Assembly: GCA_964016885.1 (NCBI GenBank)
Contig: CAXHJY010001154.1
Location: 1 to 51,612 of the forward strand
Source of the DNA: Eledone cirrhosa
Lineage: Eukaryota
Reading direction: 5' to 3'
DNA: 51,612 bases
The notes under the pieces: generated by a model
Database searches by the model: none
Seen by the model: the letters and a program-made list of their open reading frames with translations, nothing else
Told to the model about the DNA's origin: nothing
Position numbers and translations under genes: made by a program
Shown: positions 1 to 16,120 of the stretch, piece after piece
Position numbering within the stretch: position 1 is the first letter of the stretch
Layout of the letters: each line of letters opens with the position of its first letter

Positions 1-288
1 TAGATTATTAATTACAGTATAACTAAATTAAAGTTAATAACGTTATGGTATCAATATTAGGAAATGAATTTAGTAATAGGGAGAAGAAACCCAAATAAAA
101 GTAAAATAAAGTATTACATCGGTAGTAGCATATAAATTATATGTTAACTAAATTAAAAATTATATATATATTTCAATAGTATATGTTAATTAGTATATGT
201 TAATTAGGTATACAATACATAAAGCAGATATTGTATTTCATCAATAGCATAATATAATTATATGCAAATAGAAATCAAAATTAATACG

Positions 289-331
289 CATACATATACA
301 TATACATACACATACACATATACATACATAT

Positions 332-376
<45 letters not shown>

Positions 377-447
377 TACACATATATACATACATACAGA
401 TACACATACACACACACACATACACATATTCATATACATATACATAT
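289..447. repeat. TA/CA/TACA microsatellite
   Basis: Direct inspection. Confidence 0.95.
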
Positions 448-906
448 CTTTTTCAAAAATTGCACAGAATATATTAACTAGGTATATATCCAAAACACAT
501 CCCATTCTATGATTACATGACATTCTGCAATTCGTCTGTATAAGGATACTAATTTTAAGCAAATTAAAATTAAAATTTTTAGGTTGATTAAAACTAAAAC
601 CAAATAATAAATATATTTCCAAAATGTATATTAATTAGGTCTATAATACTAAAAATTATTTCTGTCATTGGATACACGATATTATTTTGTTATATTTTAT
701 CCGTAAAAGAGTTATAATAAAAGGTTTAAATAAATTAAAATTAATCAATAAATTAAATTACTAAGTATATATTAGTAAAATTTAAAGGTTTTTCACAATT
801 TATGATTACATAATATTTTATATTCTCATCTGTAATAAAATATTAATTAAATTAAAATTATAGGTTAACTAACATTTAAATTAAATTAATTTCTAGAATA
901 ATGTTA

Positions 907-2812
907 TTAATTAGGTTTATAATATTTAAATGTTTTTTTTAGTTTATGATTACACGATATAATTAATTCCTGTCGTTTATTTAATAAGATATCCCTAGAC
1001 TTCATTATTTCAAATAGTTCTTGGGAACATAATCTACATTCCTTTCTATTATTTTGATAAGGGGTGGCTCTTTTGAGCACACTCCAGGTCAAATCATATT
1101 TTATATTCTTATTTTTATAACTATTGATTTTTTCTGCTAGAGATGTTGTATTAGCCAGTGCGGCATTTTTAAAACTATGTTTGTGGGTATTAAACCTTGT
1201 CTTAAAATTGTTAGAGGTAGCTCCTATATATGAGCAAATAGAATCTTTAGTTTTAACATTACATTTATAGACTATGTTGTTAACAAGACAATTCCCTTTT
1301 AATGGGCAGTTTGCTTTGTTTCTACAGTTACATCCTTTCGTTAATTCTGTATTTGAGGAGATATTATGGTTAATTTGATGTACTGGTGGTATACTTATGG
1401 TTTTCTTACATTTATATGCATTATATGCACTTATATTTTGTTTTATGTTATTTGTTGTAGAGTATGAGAATTTAACTGTAGACCTATTTAAGATTTGATG
1501 GTATTTGTGGTTTGGCGGGAAGTTTTTCTCAAGGATATAAAAAAATTTTTTAGCAATATTATCCTTAACTTGTAAATTAAAAGGAGCATTATATCAAGTA
1601 ACTCGTCTATTACGGTTTCTATGTTGTTTATTATTTTTATTATTTTTATAGGTTGTATCGTGATTTTTACTAGGAGGATTAATGTTAATGATCTCACCAC
1701 AACTATTTTTAGTTATATTTGTAGATTTAGGTGTTTTATCTTTTTTATTAGGAGTTTTATTATTAATATTTATTATAGTTGTATGATGAGTAGTTTTTTG
1801 AGGGTTACTATACTTTATATTAGAAGATTTAGTATTTTGGGGTATATTGTGGGTGGCATTTAGGTGTGTACTTTTCATTTGGTGTTTGTTGGTAATATTA
1901 TGCTGTATGCTTTCAGTATTTTTAGTAGAAGGTATATACTCTAATCTATTTTTGTGGCCACTTCTATCTAGAGCTTCATTATAAAAGGTCGCATTTTTAT
2001 CAAATACATCTTGGTTAGAAGAAAGGTTAGAAATTCTAAGTGATATATTATATGCAAGGTTTTTAAGGATAGATTTAGGGTGATTAGATTGTGAGTGTAT
2101 GTAATGTAAGTTTTGGTTAGGTTTATGGTAAGGTTGGTAGATACCCGTAGCTAAATCTAAAGTTATATCTAGGAAATTTACTACTTTACTTGTTTTTTCA
2201 AAAGTAATATTAAGATTATAATAGTCTTTAAGGAAAGTTCTAATATGTTTTTTGTTTTTTTCGATTTCTGAAAGGCTACGGTTGTTAGAAAGAAGAAGAC
2301 AGTCATCACGATATAAACCACCTTTGAGGTGGGGAAAAGAGGCATTTATGTTGAAAAGGAGAAAGAGGCCCACAAGATCAGTAATTTGGGCGGAATCGCT
2401 TGAACCCATAGTAATATCAAAAAGATTACTGTATGTGTTTCTGGTCCAGTATTCATTCTGAAATTCAATAAGTGTTAGTCTAGCATGTGTAATAATGTTA
2501 ATGTCATCCAAAGTTAAGCTAGATCTATTTTTAGCAAATATCAATGCTTTGTTCAGGAGTATAGGTGATATAGAAGAATAGTAATTATCTATATCAAATT
2601 GTAGGAAAGAAGCAGAAGATTTACACCTAATATTTTTAAACCAGTTAATTACCTGGGAGGTGTTTTCCCAGAGTGGTAAAATAACGTGTTTTCTTATTTG
2701 TGGGATGACTCTATCTAAAATTTTTTTGCTAATTATTCCAATATCTGATTTGGAGGGACATATAAGTCTAATAGAAGGATTAGAATTAAAGTTAGATTTG
2801 TGATCTTTCAGG
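907..2812 (-). mobile_element. Penelope-like retroelement ORF (RT plus C-terminal GIY-YIG endonuclease), 5'-truncated, one in-frame stop; resembles Hydra-type PLEs
   Basis: One continuous minus frame: LKDHK..P.IRLICPSKSDIG, FLQFDIDNYYSSI, MGSSDSAQITDLVG, GGLYRDD, VNFLDITLDL, YHKPN, YIHSQSNHP. After the TGA at 1594-1596 the frame continues YNAPFN...CNCRNKANCPLKGNCL..IVYK...YIG...KTRFNTH...WSVL..ATPY...CRLC..E...LLNKRQE..CNH and stops at 907. Confidence 0.93.
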
Positions 2813-2886
2813 TTTTAACCCTTTGTGTTTTCATTGGTCAATTTTGAACTGAAATTTTGAATTGTTGTTATTATCAATAAATATAC

Positions 2887-3041
2887 TTCATTATTTCTGA
2901 AGACGGCGTATATATGTGTTAGGTATGTATATTTAATCTTGATAATTTGTATAATTTTGTATAATTTTGTACACAGATCTGTTGAATATGCATACCAATT
3001 ATAACACATATATACCCTAGAAACGATCGTTAAATAATGAA
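2887..3041 (+). ncRNA. Type I hammerhead ribozyme with long (~115 nt) stem II, in a probable inverted PLE pseudo-LTR
   Basis: Stem I TTCATTATTT (2887-2896) pairs with AAATAATGAA (3032-3041); core CTGAAGA at 2897-2903; long imperfect stem II; GAAA at 3020-3023; palindromic stem III ACGATCGT; cleavage triplet GUU. Confidence 0.8.
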
Positions 3042-3093
3042 CTTTTTTTGTTTAATATAAGGAATTGTTTATTCATTATTTGCTTAATATTTT

Positions 3094-5889
<2,796 letters not shown>

Positions 5890-7804
5890 TACCAGAAGGG
5901 CATCTTTCAGGGTGATAGCTTGTCAGTGCTACTCTTCGTTCTCTCACTGAATCCACTATCTTACCTACTCAGGAAACCAGGTCGACAAAGAAGTGGGACC
6001 AGAAGTATCTCCCATCTTTTCTTTGTTGATGACCTGAAGTTGTATGGGCCAAATATCAATGACATCAAGAAACAATTGGACCTCATTACACAATTTTCAA
6101 CCGACATCAAAATGAAATTTGGTGAGTCCAAGTGTGCATATTTGGCAGTAAAACGTGGAAGAGCTGTGCCCTCCTCTAGAAATCTAGAGATGAACGGCCT
6201 GACAATATAACCTCTGCAGTCAGGTGACAACTACAGATATCTTGGACAGGATGAGAATGTCAGATATGATGGACCCATAAATAAGGAGAGAACCAGAACT
6301 GAATACCTCAGAAGAGTAAAGAAAATATGGACATCAGAACTGTCAGCATACAACAAATACATTGCCCACAATACTTATGCTGTGCCAATTCTAACGCCAA
6401 CATTTGGCCTACTGAACTGGTCATTGCAAGAACTAAGTGAGATGGATGTTAGAACTCGAAAACTTCTCAGTGTTACTGGGAACTTTAACATCAATGGTGA
6501 TGTGGATAGGCTATACTTCTCACGCAAGGAAGGTGGCCGGGGTCTAAAATCAATATTAACAACATATGAGACCCGGATAGTGACACTGAAGCAACACCTT
6601 CAACAGAGGAAAACGGTTGGCAACCATTTTGCCCAGGTTTATGACCATGAAAAAAGAAATATCATTAGAATAGCGACTGATCTGGAGGAGAGATATGGAA
6701 TAAAGCCCGATATAAATCTCTCACCCAGAGAAATCGGAAGATCCTATTCAATGTTCAAAAGAGAAAAAAAATTGACCAATTTACAGAAAAAGTTGTGCAT
6801 GGATACTTGAGGCGTAAAACACAGACCATAGAGGGGATAAACCACTCAAAAAGCCTGGCATGGAGTTCCGACAAGTTTATGACATCACACCTTGAGGGAT
6901 ATCTCTATGCAATACAGGAAAAAGAACTCCCTACCAAATATCTGCTGTACAAAAGAGGAGGGCCAGCAGCTGACAATAAATGTAGGCTATGTAAAACAAA
7001 GATCGAGGATGTAAGCCACATTGTTGCCGGCTGCGAAAGAATGTCATCTCGCTACTACCTCCCCATGAGACACGATGGGATAGCTAGAACCATCTGGAAC
7101 GCACTTCGGAAAACAAAATTAACAACAAACGAGGAAGAATATATTGAGACAGATGGCACTAAGGAATACTGGTGGAACCTGAAAATAAAAACTGCCACCA
7201 AATTAAAGCACACCCATTGAAAACGTGTTCTGTTGTGGAGATCAGCTGCCCCACTTGATGTAAACGTTGTCAGAAAAATACAGGAGAAGGAGGACATCTA
7301 CGGACCATTGATGAGGAGTTTACAAATCCAGTATCCAAGATACACCTTTAGCTTCATACCCATCATTATTGGTGCTACGGGATGGATTGGCAGTATCGGT
7401 AGAGGGTCGGACGCCATGCTTTGCAGCACAGTTACGTCGCTTTACGGTCTGAGTTCAAATCCCGCCGAGGTTGACTTTGCCTTTCATCCTTACGGGGTCG
7501 ATAAAATAAAGTACCAGTAATGCACTGGATAATTGCTGGCCTTGTGCCAAAAGAAGAAACAATTATTGGAGCTACGGGTTATATACCAACCCGCTTGGAC
7601 CAAAGTATGACTGAACTTGGATTTGCGGACAAAAAGCGCAGCTCCCTAATTCATAGTCTACAAATGGCTGCGATAGCTGGCACCTTCAAAATTTGCAAAA
7701 CATTCTTGCGATTCAAGGGATGACAATTTCTTTTCTTTTACAACCTTGCCACCAGGAAGGTGGCCGGTCAAAAAAATATACTCAAAATTAAGAGAAAGAG
7801 AAAA
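5890..7804 (+). mobile_element. R4/Dong-clade non-LTR retrotransposon, 5'-truncated, decayed (RT C-half, CCHC knuckle, restriction-like endonuclease)
   Basis: [101 protein letters not shown]. Stop at 6208-6210, frameshifts near 6790 and 7220, SINE insertion at 7382. Confidence 0.9.
7382..7561 (+). mobile_element. tRNA-derived SINE, family A (Meta-domain-like core), nested in the Dong element
   Basis: A-box-like TGGCAGTATCGG, B box GAGTTCAAATCC, core GCCTTTCATCCTTACGGGGTCGATAAAATAAAGTACCAG; 17-bp TSD ATTATTGGWGCTACGGG at 7365-7381 and 7562-7578. Confidence 0.9.
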
Positions 7805-8024
7805 CATATACATACATACATACATATACAAACATACACATACATACACACATACATACATACACACATACATACATACATACATATACATACATACATA
7901 TACATATATATACATACATACATATATATACATACATACATATATATACATACACATATATATATATATATACATACATACATATACATACATATATATA
8001 CATATATACATACATATATATACA

Positions 8025-8058
<34 letters not shown>

Positions 8059-8143
8059 AATATACATATATATATATATACATATATATATATACATATA
8101 TATATATACATATATATATATATACATACATATATATATATAC

Positions 8144-8196
<53 letters not shown>

Positions 8197-8681
8197 CATA
8201 TATATATATACATATATATATACATATATATATATACATATATATATATACATATATATATACATATATATATATACATATACATACATATATATATATA
8301 CATACATATATATATACATACATATATATATATACATACATATATATATATACATATATATATATACATATATATATATACATATATATATATACATATA
8401 TATATACATATATATATATACATATACATACATATATATATATACATACATATATATATATACATACATATACATACATATATATATATACATACATATA
8501 TATATATACATACATATATATATATACATATATATACATACATATATATATATATACATACATATATATATATATATACATACATATATATATACATACA
8601 TATATATATACATACATATATATATATACATATACATACATATATATATATACATACATATATATATATATAATACATACA

Positions 8682-8715
<34 letters not shown>

Positions 8716-9573
8716 ATACATACATATATACATATATACATAGATATATACATATATATATAATACATACATATATATATATATAATACATACATATAAT
8801 ACATATATACATAGATATATACATATATACATACATATATACATACATATATACATACATATATACATATATACATACATATATACATATATACATACAT
8901 ATATACATATATACATACATATATACATATATACATACATATATACATATATACATACATATATACATATATATATACATATATACATATATATATTACA
9001 TATATACATACATATATACATATATACATACATATATACATATATACATACATATATACATATATACATACATATATACATATATACATACATATATACA
9101 TATATACATACATATATACATATATACATACTATATACATATATACATACATATATACATATATACATACATATATACATATATACATACATACATACAT
9201 ATATACATAACATACATACATATATACATATATACATACATATATACATATATACATACATATATACATATATACATACATATATACATATATATATACA
9301 TATATACATATATATACATATACACATATATATACATATACACATATAATACATATACACATATATACATATATATACATATACACATATATATACATAT
9401 ATATATAATATACACATATATATACATATACACATATATATACATATACACATATATATACATATACACATATATATACTATACACATATATTACAATAC
9501 ACACATATATATACATATACACATATATATACATATACACATATATATATATATACATATATACATATATATA
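7805..9573. repeat. ~1.8 kb TA/TACA microsatellite
   Basis: Direct inspection. Confidence 0.99.
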
Positions 9574-9704
9574 TAAGAGAGATCAAGAATAGCTATGTGT
9601 AGTTTAGAGTATCTCGAGTTGAGAGGGGGAGACGTTAATCTAACACATCTGGAAATCATTGAATGAATATTTCAATGAATAAATATCATTATATTCCGTA
9701 TACC

Positions 9705-10200
9705 TCTATGTGTTTATGTGGTGTGTGTGGCTGCGTGTACGCGTGTGTGTGTGTGTCGCTGTGTGTGTACGTGTATGGGGTTGTGTGTGTATGTGGTTGT
9801 GTGGCTGTGTGAGTGCGTGAGGTGTATGAGGCTGTGTGTGTGTGTATGTGTTTGTGTGGCTGTGTGTATGTATGAGGCTGTGTGTGTGTGTATGTGTTTG
9901 TGTGGCTGTGTGTATGAGTGTGTGTGTGCGTGCACGTGGTTGTGTGTGTGTATGTGGTTGTGTGTGTTTGTGCGATGTAATGTCTTGTAAAGTGTTTCTT
10001 GCGTGTATATTTGTGTGTGTATGTAGTGTATATATATATATATATAATATTATATATATACATACATACATTACATAGATACATATATACATGTCTGTAT
10101 ATATGTTCGTGCATATGTACACACACAGATGTACACACACAGATATATTTATATATATATATATAATGTGTGTATAGATACGTGACTTTATATATATATA
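9705..10200. repeat. (GT)n/(TA)n degenerate microsatellite
   Basis: Direct inspection. Confidence 0.9.
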
Positions 10201-10202
10201 TA

Positions 10203-10283
10203 AAGGGTGTACCCCCCAAAATATATACACACTATAACAACATTATAATCAAAGTGTGTATGCATTTTCTGGGACTCCCTCTG
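10203..10283. mobile_element. Short Tc1/mariner-type MITE remnant
   Basis: Imperfect TIRs of the CAGGGTGTCCCAAAA..TATACACACT type with TA flanks; second copy at 16397-16494. Confidence 0.6.
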
Positions 10284-10293
10284 TATGTATGTG

Positions 10294-10326
<33 letters not shown>

Positions 10327-10441
10327 TCCCATACCCACAAAACGTATATTTTTCTTTTAAAATGTTCTTTAAAGTCTATTTCCTTTTAAACGTTTAAAAC
10401 TTATTCAGCTTCTGTGTCCAAAACATTATTTAGATTATTCT

Positions 10442-10697
10442 TAGTTCAAATCCCGCCGAGGTTCACTTTGACTTTCATCCTTACGGGGTCGATAAATAAA
10501 GCACCAGTAATGCACTGGTGTCGATTTAATCGACTTTCCCTCCCCTCAAATTGCTGGCCTTGTGCCTAAAGTAGAAACATTTATTAGTTCAAATCCCGCC
10601 GAGGTTAACTTTGCCTTTCATTCTTACGGGGTCGATAAAATAAGGTACCAGTAATGCACTGAGATAATTGCTGGCTTTGTGCCAATAGTAGAAACAT
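10442..10697 (+). mobile_element. Two tandem 5'-truncated family A SINEs
   Basis: Both start at AGTTCAAATCCCGCCGAGG (about 10443 and 10586) and end AGTAGAAACAT. Confidence 0.88.
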
Positions 10698-10921
10698 CAT
10701 CATCATCATCATCATCCCACTTGTTGCTGTTGCGGTAGTCGTTGTTGTTTGTCCTTGCTGCTGAAGTTGTTCCTGCTCTTGCTGCTGCTACAGTTATTCT
10801 TGCTGCTGCAGGTGTCCGATGCAGTATTGCAGATCTCTACGGACTGGGTAGCGATGCAACATTAACATTCCCTGCACCAAAGACACTAAACGACTTTGAA
10901 AGAATTTGATAAAAAACGACA

Positions 10922-11400
10922 ATGACGATGGTGGTGGTGGTGTTGGTGGTGGTGGTGGTGGTGGTGGTGGTGACGGTGGTGGTGGTGGTGGTATTGGTGA
11001 CGGTGGTGGTGGTGGTGTTGGTGGTGGTATTGGTGACGGTGGTGGTGGTGGTGACGGTGGTGGTGGTGACGGTGATGGTGGTGGTGGTGGTATTGGTGAC
11101 GGTGGTGGTGGTGGTGACGGTGGTGTTGGTGGGTGGTGGTGGTGACGGTGGTGGTGGTGACGGTGGTGGTGGTGACGGTGGTGACGGTGGTGGTTGTGAC
11201 GGTGGTGGTGGTGGTGACGGTGGTGGTGGTGGTGACGGTGGTGGTGGTGGTGACGGTGGTGGTGGTGACGATGGTGGTGGTGACGGTGGTGGTGGTGACG
11301 GTGGTGGTTGGTGACGGTGGTGGTGGTGACGGTGGTGGTGGTGACGTTGACGGTGGTGGTGGTGGTGGTGGTGGTGGTATTGGTGTCGGTGGACGTGGCA
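10922..11400. repeat. (GGT)n/GAC trinucleotide repeat
   Basis: Direct inspection. Confidence 0.97.
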
Positions 11401-11775
11401 TTGATGTTGACAAATGATGATGATTGATTAAGTTGAAGGATATGATATGGTGGTGGTCATGGTTTCGAGGACGATAATAATGAATAGTAGGAGTAGGAGA
11501 GGTAGGAGGAGAGGTAGGAGTAGGAGGAGAGGTAGGAGGAGAGGGTAGGAGTAGGAGGGGGAGTAGGAGGAGGTGGAGTAGGAGGAGGAGTAGGAGGAGG
11601 AGAAAGGGGGCTCAGCTCACAATCACCATCAAATTTCCTTTTCTTTGGAAAACAATAGCTGTGGTCAGATAACCTGAGGCAGATTTGGCTGCTATTTCCA
11701 CCAAATCGATTGTATATAATATCTATTGACACTGACACATCCTTATAAGGACAAAAAAACAGCAACAACATATAA

Positions 11776-11826
11776 CGAAATACAAACATTTCGGTTTCTA
11801 ACGATTAGAGACCTCTTCCTGTTTCA
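11776..11826 (-). ncRNA. Degenerate hammerhead-like motif
   Basis: Minus strand: gaaaca-GGAAGA-ggtctctaa(tcg)ttagaaacc-GAAA-tgtt-tgtatttc. Stem II is good but the core start is mutated. Confidence 0.4.
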
Positions 11827-11981
11827 CTCACACTAAATATATGTAGAGAGCTGTAACTTGGCCATTTTGAACCCCTGTGAGCCCATCGACTTCTCTAGGC
11901 CTGTTTACACCCGGTTTGTTTCAGGGAAGAAGAGAGAGTGAGAGTAATAGAGAGGAAGCGAGAAAGAGGCATAGAAGAAGA

Positions 11982-13190
11982 ATCAACCCCAGTACTAGAC
12001 TGGTGTTTGTTTTATCAACCCCCAGTACTAGACTGAGTGTTGTGTTATCAACCCCAGTACTAGACTGGTGTTGTGTTATCAACCCCACCCAGTACTAGAC
12101 TGGTAGTTGTGTTATAAACCCCAGTCCAGTACTGGTGTTGTTTTATCAACCCCCAGTACTAGACTGGTGTTGTGTTATCAACCCCCAGTACTGGCCTGGT
12201 GTTGTGTTATCAACCCCAGTACTAGACTGGTGTTGTGTTATCAACCCCAGTACTAGGACTGGTGTTGTGTTATAAACCACCAGTCCAGTACTGGTGTTGT
12301 GTTATAAACCCCAGTCCAGTACTGGTGTTGTGTTATAAACCCCAGTCCAGTACTGGTGTTGTGTTTATCAAACCCCCAGTCCAGTACTGGTGTTGTGTTA
12401 TCAACCCCAGTAACTGGCCTGTGTTGTTGTGTTATCAACCCCAGTACTAGACTGGTGTTGTGTTATCAACCCCAGTACTAGACTGGTGTTGTGTTATCAA
12501 CCCCAGTACTAGACTGGTGTTGTGTTATCAATCCCAGTACTAGACTGGTGTTGTGTTATCAATCCCAGTACTAGACTGGTGTTGTGTTATCAACCCCCAG
12601 TACTGGCCTGGTGTTGTGTTATCAACCCCAGTACTGGACTGGTGTTGTGTTATCAACCCCAGTACTAGACTGGTGTTGTGTTATCAACCCCAGTACTAGA
12701 CTGGTGTTGTGTTATCAACCCCAGTACTAGACTGGTGTTGTGTTATCAACCCCAGTACTAGACTGGTGTTGTGTTATCAATCCCAATACTAGACTGGTGT
12801 TGTGTTATCAACCCCAATACTAGACTGGTGTTGTGTTATCAACCCCAGTACTAGAACTGGTGTTGTGTTATCAACCCCAGTACTAGACTGGTGTTGTGTT
12901 ATCAACCCCAGTACTAGACTGGTGCTGTGTTATCAACCCCAGTACTAGACTGGTGTTGTGTTATCAACCCCAGTACTAGACTGGTGTTGTGTTATCAACC
13001 CCAGTACTAGACTGGTGTTGTGTTATCAACCCCAGTACTGGACTGGTTGTTGTGTTATCAACCCAAGTACTGGACTGGTGTTGTGTTATCAACCCCAGTA
13101 CTGGACTGGTGTTGTGTTATCAACCCCAGTACTGGACTGGTGTTGTGTTATCAACCCCAGTACTGGACTGGTGTTGTGTTATCGACCTTG
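11982..13190. repeat. 31-bp minisatellite (roughly 38 units) derived from a SINE
   Basis: Unit TCAACCCCAGTACTAGACTGGTGTTGTGTTA with no spacers; runs into a minus-strand SINE-like sequence at 13180-13240. Confidence 0.95.
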
Positions 13191-13479
13191 AAAGGATAAA
13201 ATATAAATTTGAACCACCGCGGGGTTTTGAAATGAGAAGGAAAAACCTCGGAAAGGAATATCGTAAAATATTCTTTCTGGCGTTCTAACCACTCTGCCCA
13301 CTTTGCCGCCTTTCACAATGAATAGATTGTTGAATTTAAGATAAACTTCCAACATACATACACACATAGCATACATGTATGCATGTGTGTGTACATACAA
13401 CTCACACATACATACATACAAATATGTACATAGATATATGCATATATAATACATACATACACACAAAGAGGGTGATGTG

Positions 13480-13828
13480 AGGAGAAGGGGAGTGAGAGAA
13501 AGAGGAGAGTGTAAGAGAGATATAGAACTAGAGATAAGACATACGGAGAGAGAGTGTGAGAGAGAGAGGAAGACATACGGAGAGAGAGGAAGACAGACGG
13601 GGAGAGTGTGTGAGAGAGAGAGAAAACCAGTGAGAGGCGGGGCGACACCAGAGAGTAAGAAAGAAAACCAGTGAGAAGGGGAGCGGGAACTAGAGAGAGA
13701 GGACCAGAGAGAACCAGAGAGAGGGGACCAGAGAGGACCAGAGAGAGAGAGAGGAGAGAGAGAGAGAACCAAGAGAGAGAGAGAACCAGAGAGAGAGAGA
13801 GAGAGAACGAGAGAGAGAGAGAGAGAGA

Positions 13829-13866
<38 letters not shown>

Positions 13867-13970
13867 CAGAGAGAGAGAGAGAGAACCAGAGAGAGAGAGA
13901 ACCAGAGAGAGAGAGAACCAGAGAGAGAGAGAACCAGAGAGAGAGTGAGAGAACCAAAGAGAGAGATAGA

Positions 13971-14002
<32 letters not shown>

Positions 14003-14420
14003 ACACCGGGGAAAGAGAAAGAGACATACAGAGAGAGAGAGAACACCGGGGAAAGAGAAAGAGACATACAGAGAGAGATAGAGAGAGGCGGGGAAGTTAG
14101 AAAAAAAACAAGGGTGGGACAAAACTGCAGATAAGGTAGATTATATGAGATAAAAAGTGAGACAAAGATAAACATATTGAGGTAGATAATGAATTAATTT
14201 GCAAGTTTAATATGGACGATGAAAATATGGAAGGTGGGGGTAATAGAGAAATGGCGTCTTACAGCGGCTTCATGTAGACAAGTATTTAGTGAGTTGGTAA
14301 TGATGCAGGTTGGTGTCTTATAGTGAGATATAACTGAGGCTAGTAGAGATGTTATCTTTGACAGTTGAACTGGATGTCATGTAGAATTAGAGAGACGAAG
14401 AGAGGGAGAGAGACAGTGGT

Positions 14421-14485
<65 letters not shown>

Positions 14486-14910
14486 TAAAGAGAGAGAGAG
14501 AGTGTGGAAGAGAGAGAGAGTGGAAAAGAGAGAAAAGGAGAGAGGTGAAGAAAGAGAGTGAAAGAGAAAAAGAGGTGAAGAAAGAGCGAAAGAGTGTGAA
14601 AAAGAGTGGAAGAGAGTGAAAAAGAGTGGAAGAGAGTGAAAAAGAGAGTGGAAGAGAGAGTGGAAGAGAGAGAGAGATTGTCAAGACAGAGAGAGAGAGA
14701 GATTGTCAAGACAGAGAGAGAGAGAGATTATCAAGACAGAGAGAGATGGAGAACGAAAGGGGAGAGAGAGAGATTGTCAAGACAGAGAGAGATGGAGAAC
14801 GAAAGGGGAGAGAGAGAGAGACAGACAGAGAAAGATGGGGAGTGGAGAGAGATGGGGAGAGATAGAGACAGACAGAGAAAGACAGACAAAGTTGGGGAGT
14901 GGGGAGAGGC
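13480..14910. repeat. GA-rich low-complexity / (GA)n tracts
   Basis: Direct inspection. Confidence 0.95.
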
Positions 14911-15970
14911 AAAGAGTCGTCGTTGGTTTAAATTCTAGGAAGAAAATGATTAAAATTGTAGAGAAGAGAATGATTAAGAGTAGAGACGGTGAAAGCTTTA
15001 TAAAGATTAATCTATGTCTCGCTGTTCTCTGGGTTGTAAAAAAGGTGTAAGTTATCAGAAAAAGCACTGTTGCCGGAAGTGACCGAATAAATATTTAATA
15101 ATTCTTACATCAACATCAAAATGAACATCCGGTAATGGTAAGTGGTGCCAGTGAGGTCAGAATTTCGCCGAAATGTATTCGTTTCATGTAATAAATGAAG
15201 ATCTAAAGGGATTTTGAAAGATTTTCGGGTAGAAGAAAGGAGCTGTTTGTGGTAGTGGGTAGTTAACTTCAATATTAGTTAAACCACAGTCGGTTGTTAC
15301 TTCCTGTGATCTTACAACATAGCTTCAGTCGATCGCTAGCAGCTGTTTGTATGAAGAACAATTTGGCTGATTTTCTAAACTTTTAAGAGATCATTTCGTC
15401 ATGAATTACCACCATGTTTGACTGCTGTAATATGTCTATATATGTATATAGACATAAATATGCGTGCATGTGTATATATATATATATGCGTATGTGTGAG
15501 TATATATGTACCACTCACTCTCTTTATATATATGTGTGTGTATGTATATACACACACACACGCACACACACATGTATAAAGAGAGAGTGAGTGCTACATA
15601 TATACTCACACACACGCATATATATATATATATATATGTTTGTATGTATATGTATATAAATATATATATATATATATGTGTGTGTGTGTCTGTGTGTATG
15701 TATATGTATGTATGTATATATATATATATAAATATCTGTACGTATGAAAAGGAAAAGAGTGCGTTCAATCGGAAGAGAGCTGATATACTATATATATATA
15801 TATATATATAAATAAATATACACGGGTGTGTATGATTGTGTATAGAAGATTATATTAATAAAAGAAATTCCAACTTTGTCTGATTTACTCGTTTTATTTA
15901 CAATCCTTTAAAATTTATAATGGTATTAGAATGAAATAGTATGGTAGAATATTAAATGTTAAGTGTTAAT

Positions 15971-16009
15971 TGAACAAGTACTTTCATGCTTTCGCAATCT
16001 TCAGGTTCA
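15971..16009 (-). ncRNA. Minimal type I hammerhead ribozyme
   Basis: Minus strand: TGAAC-CTGAAGA-ttgc(gaaa)gcat-GAAA-gtac-tt-GTTCA; palindromic stem III AAGTACTT; CUU triplet. Confidence 0.8.
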
Positions 16010-16081
16010 TGATATGTGGTGACAGTCGAGTTTGCAATTTTCAACTGTGAAAATTGCAAACTTGACTGTCACCACACAATA

Positions 16082-16120
16082 TGAACCTGAATATTGCGAA
16101 AGCATGAAAGTACTTGTTCA
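16082..16120 (+). ncRNA. Mirror copy of the hammerhead with mutated core (CTGAATA)
   Basis: TGAAC-CTGAATA-ttgcgaaagcat-GAAA-gtac-tt-GTTCA. Confidence 0.65.

Noticed and set aside
1594-1596. Selenocysteine readthrough in the PLE
   Set aside because: The position corresponds to a conserved Trp rather than Cys, and no SECIS was seen.
10886-11417. Gly/Pro/His/Thr-rich ORFs
   Set aside because: They come from the (GGT)n repeat with no non-repetitive coding context.
11982-13190. CRISPR array
   Set aside because: The repeats are contiguous with no unique spacers, there are no cas genes, the context is eukaryotic, and the unit is SINE-derived.
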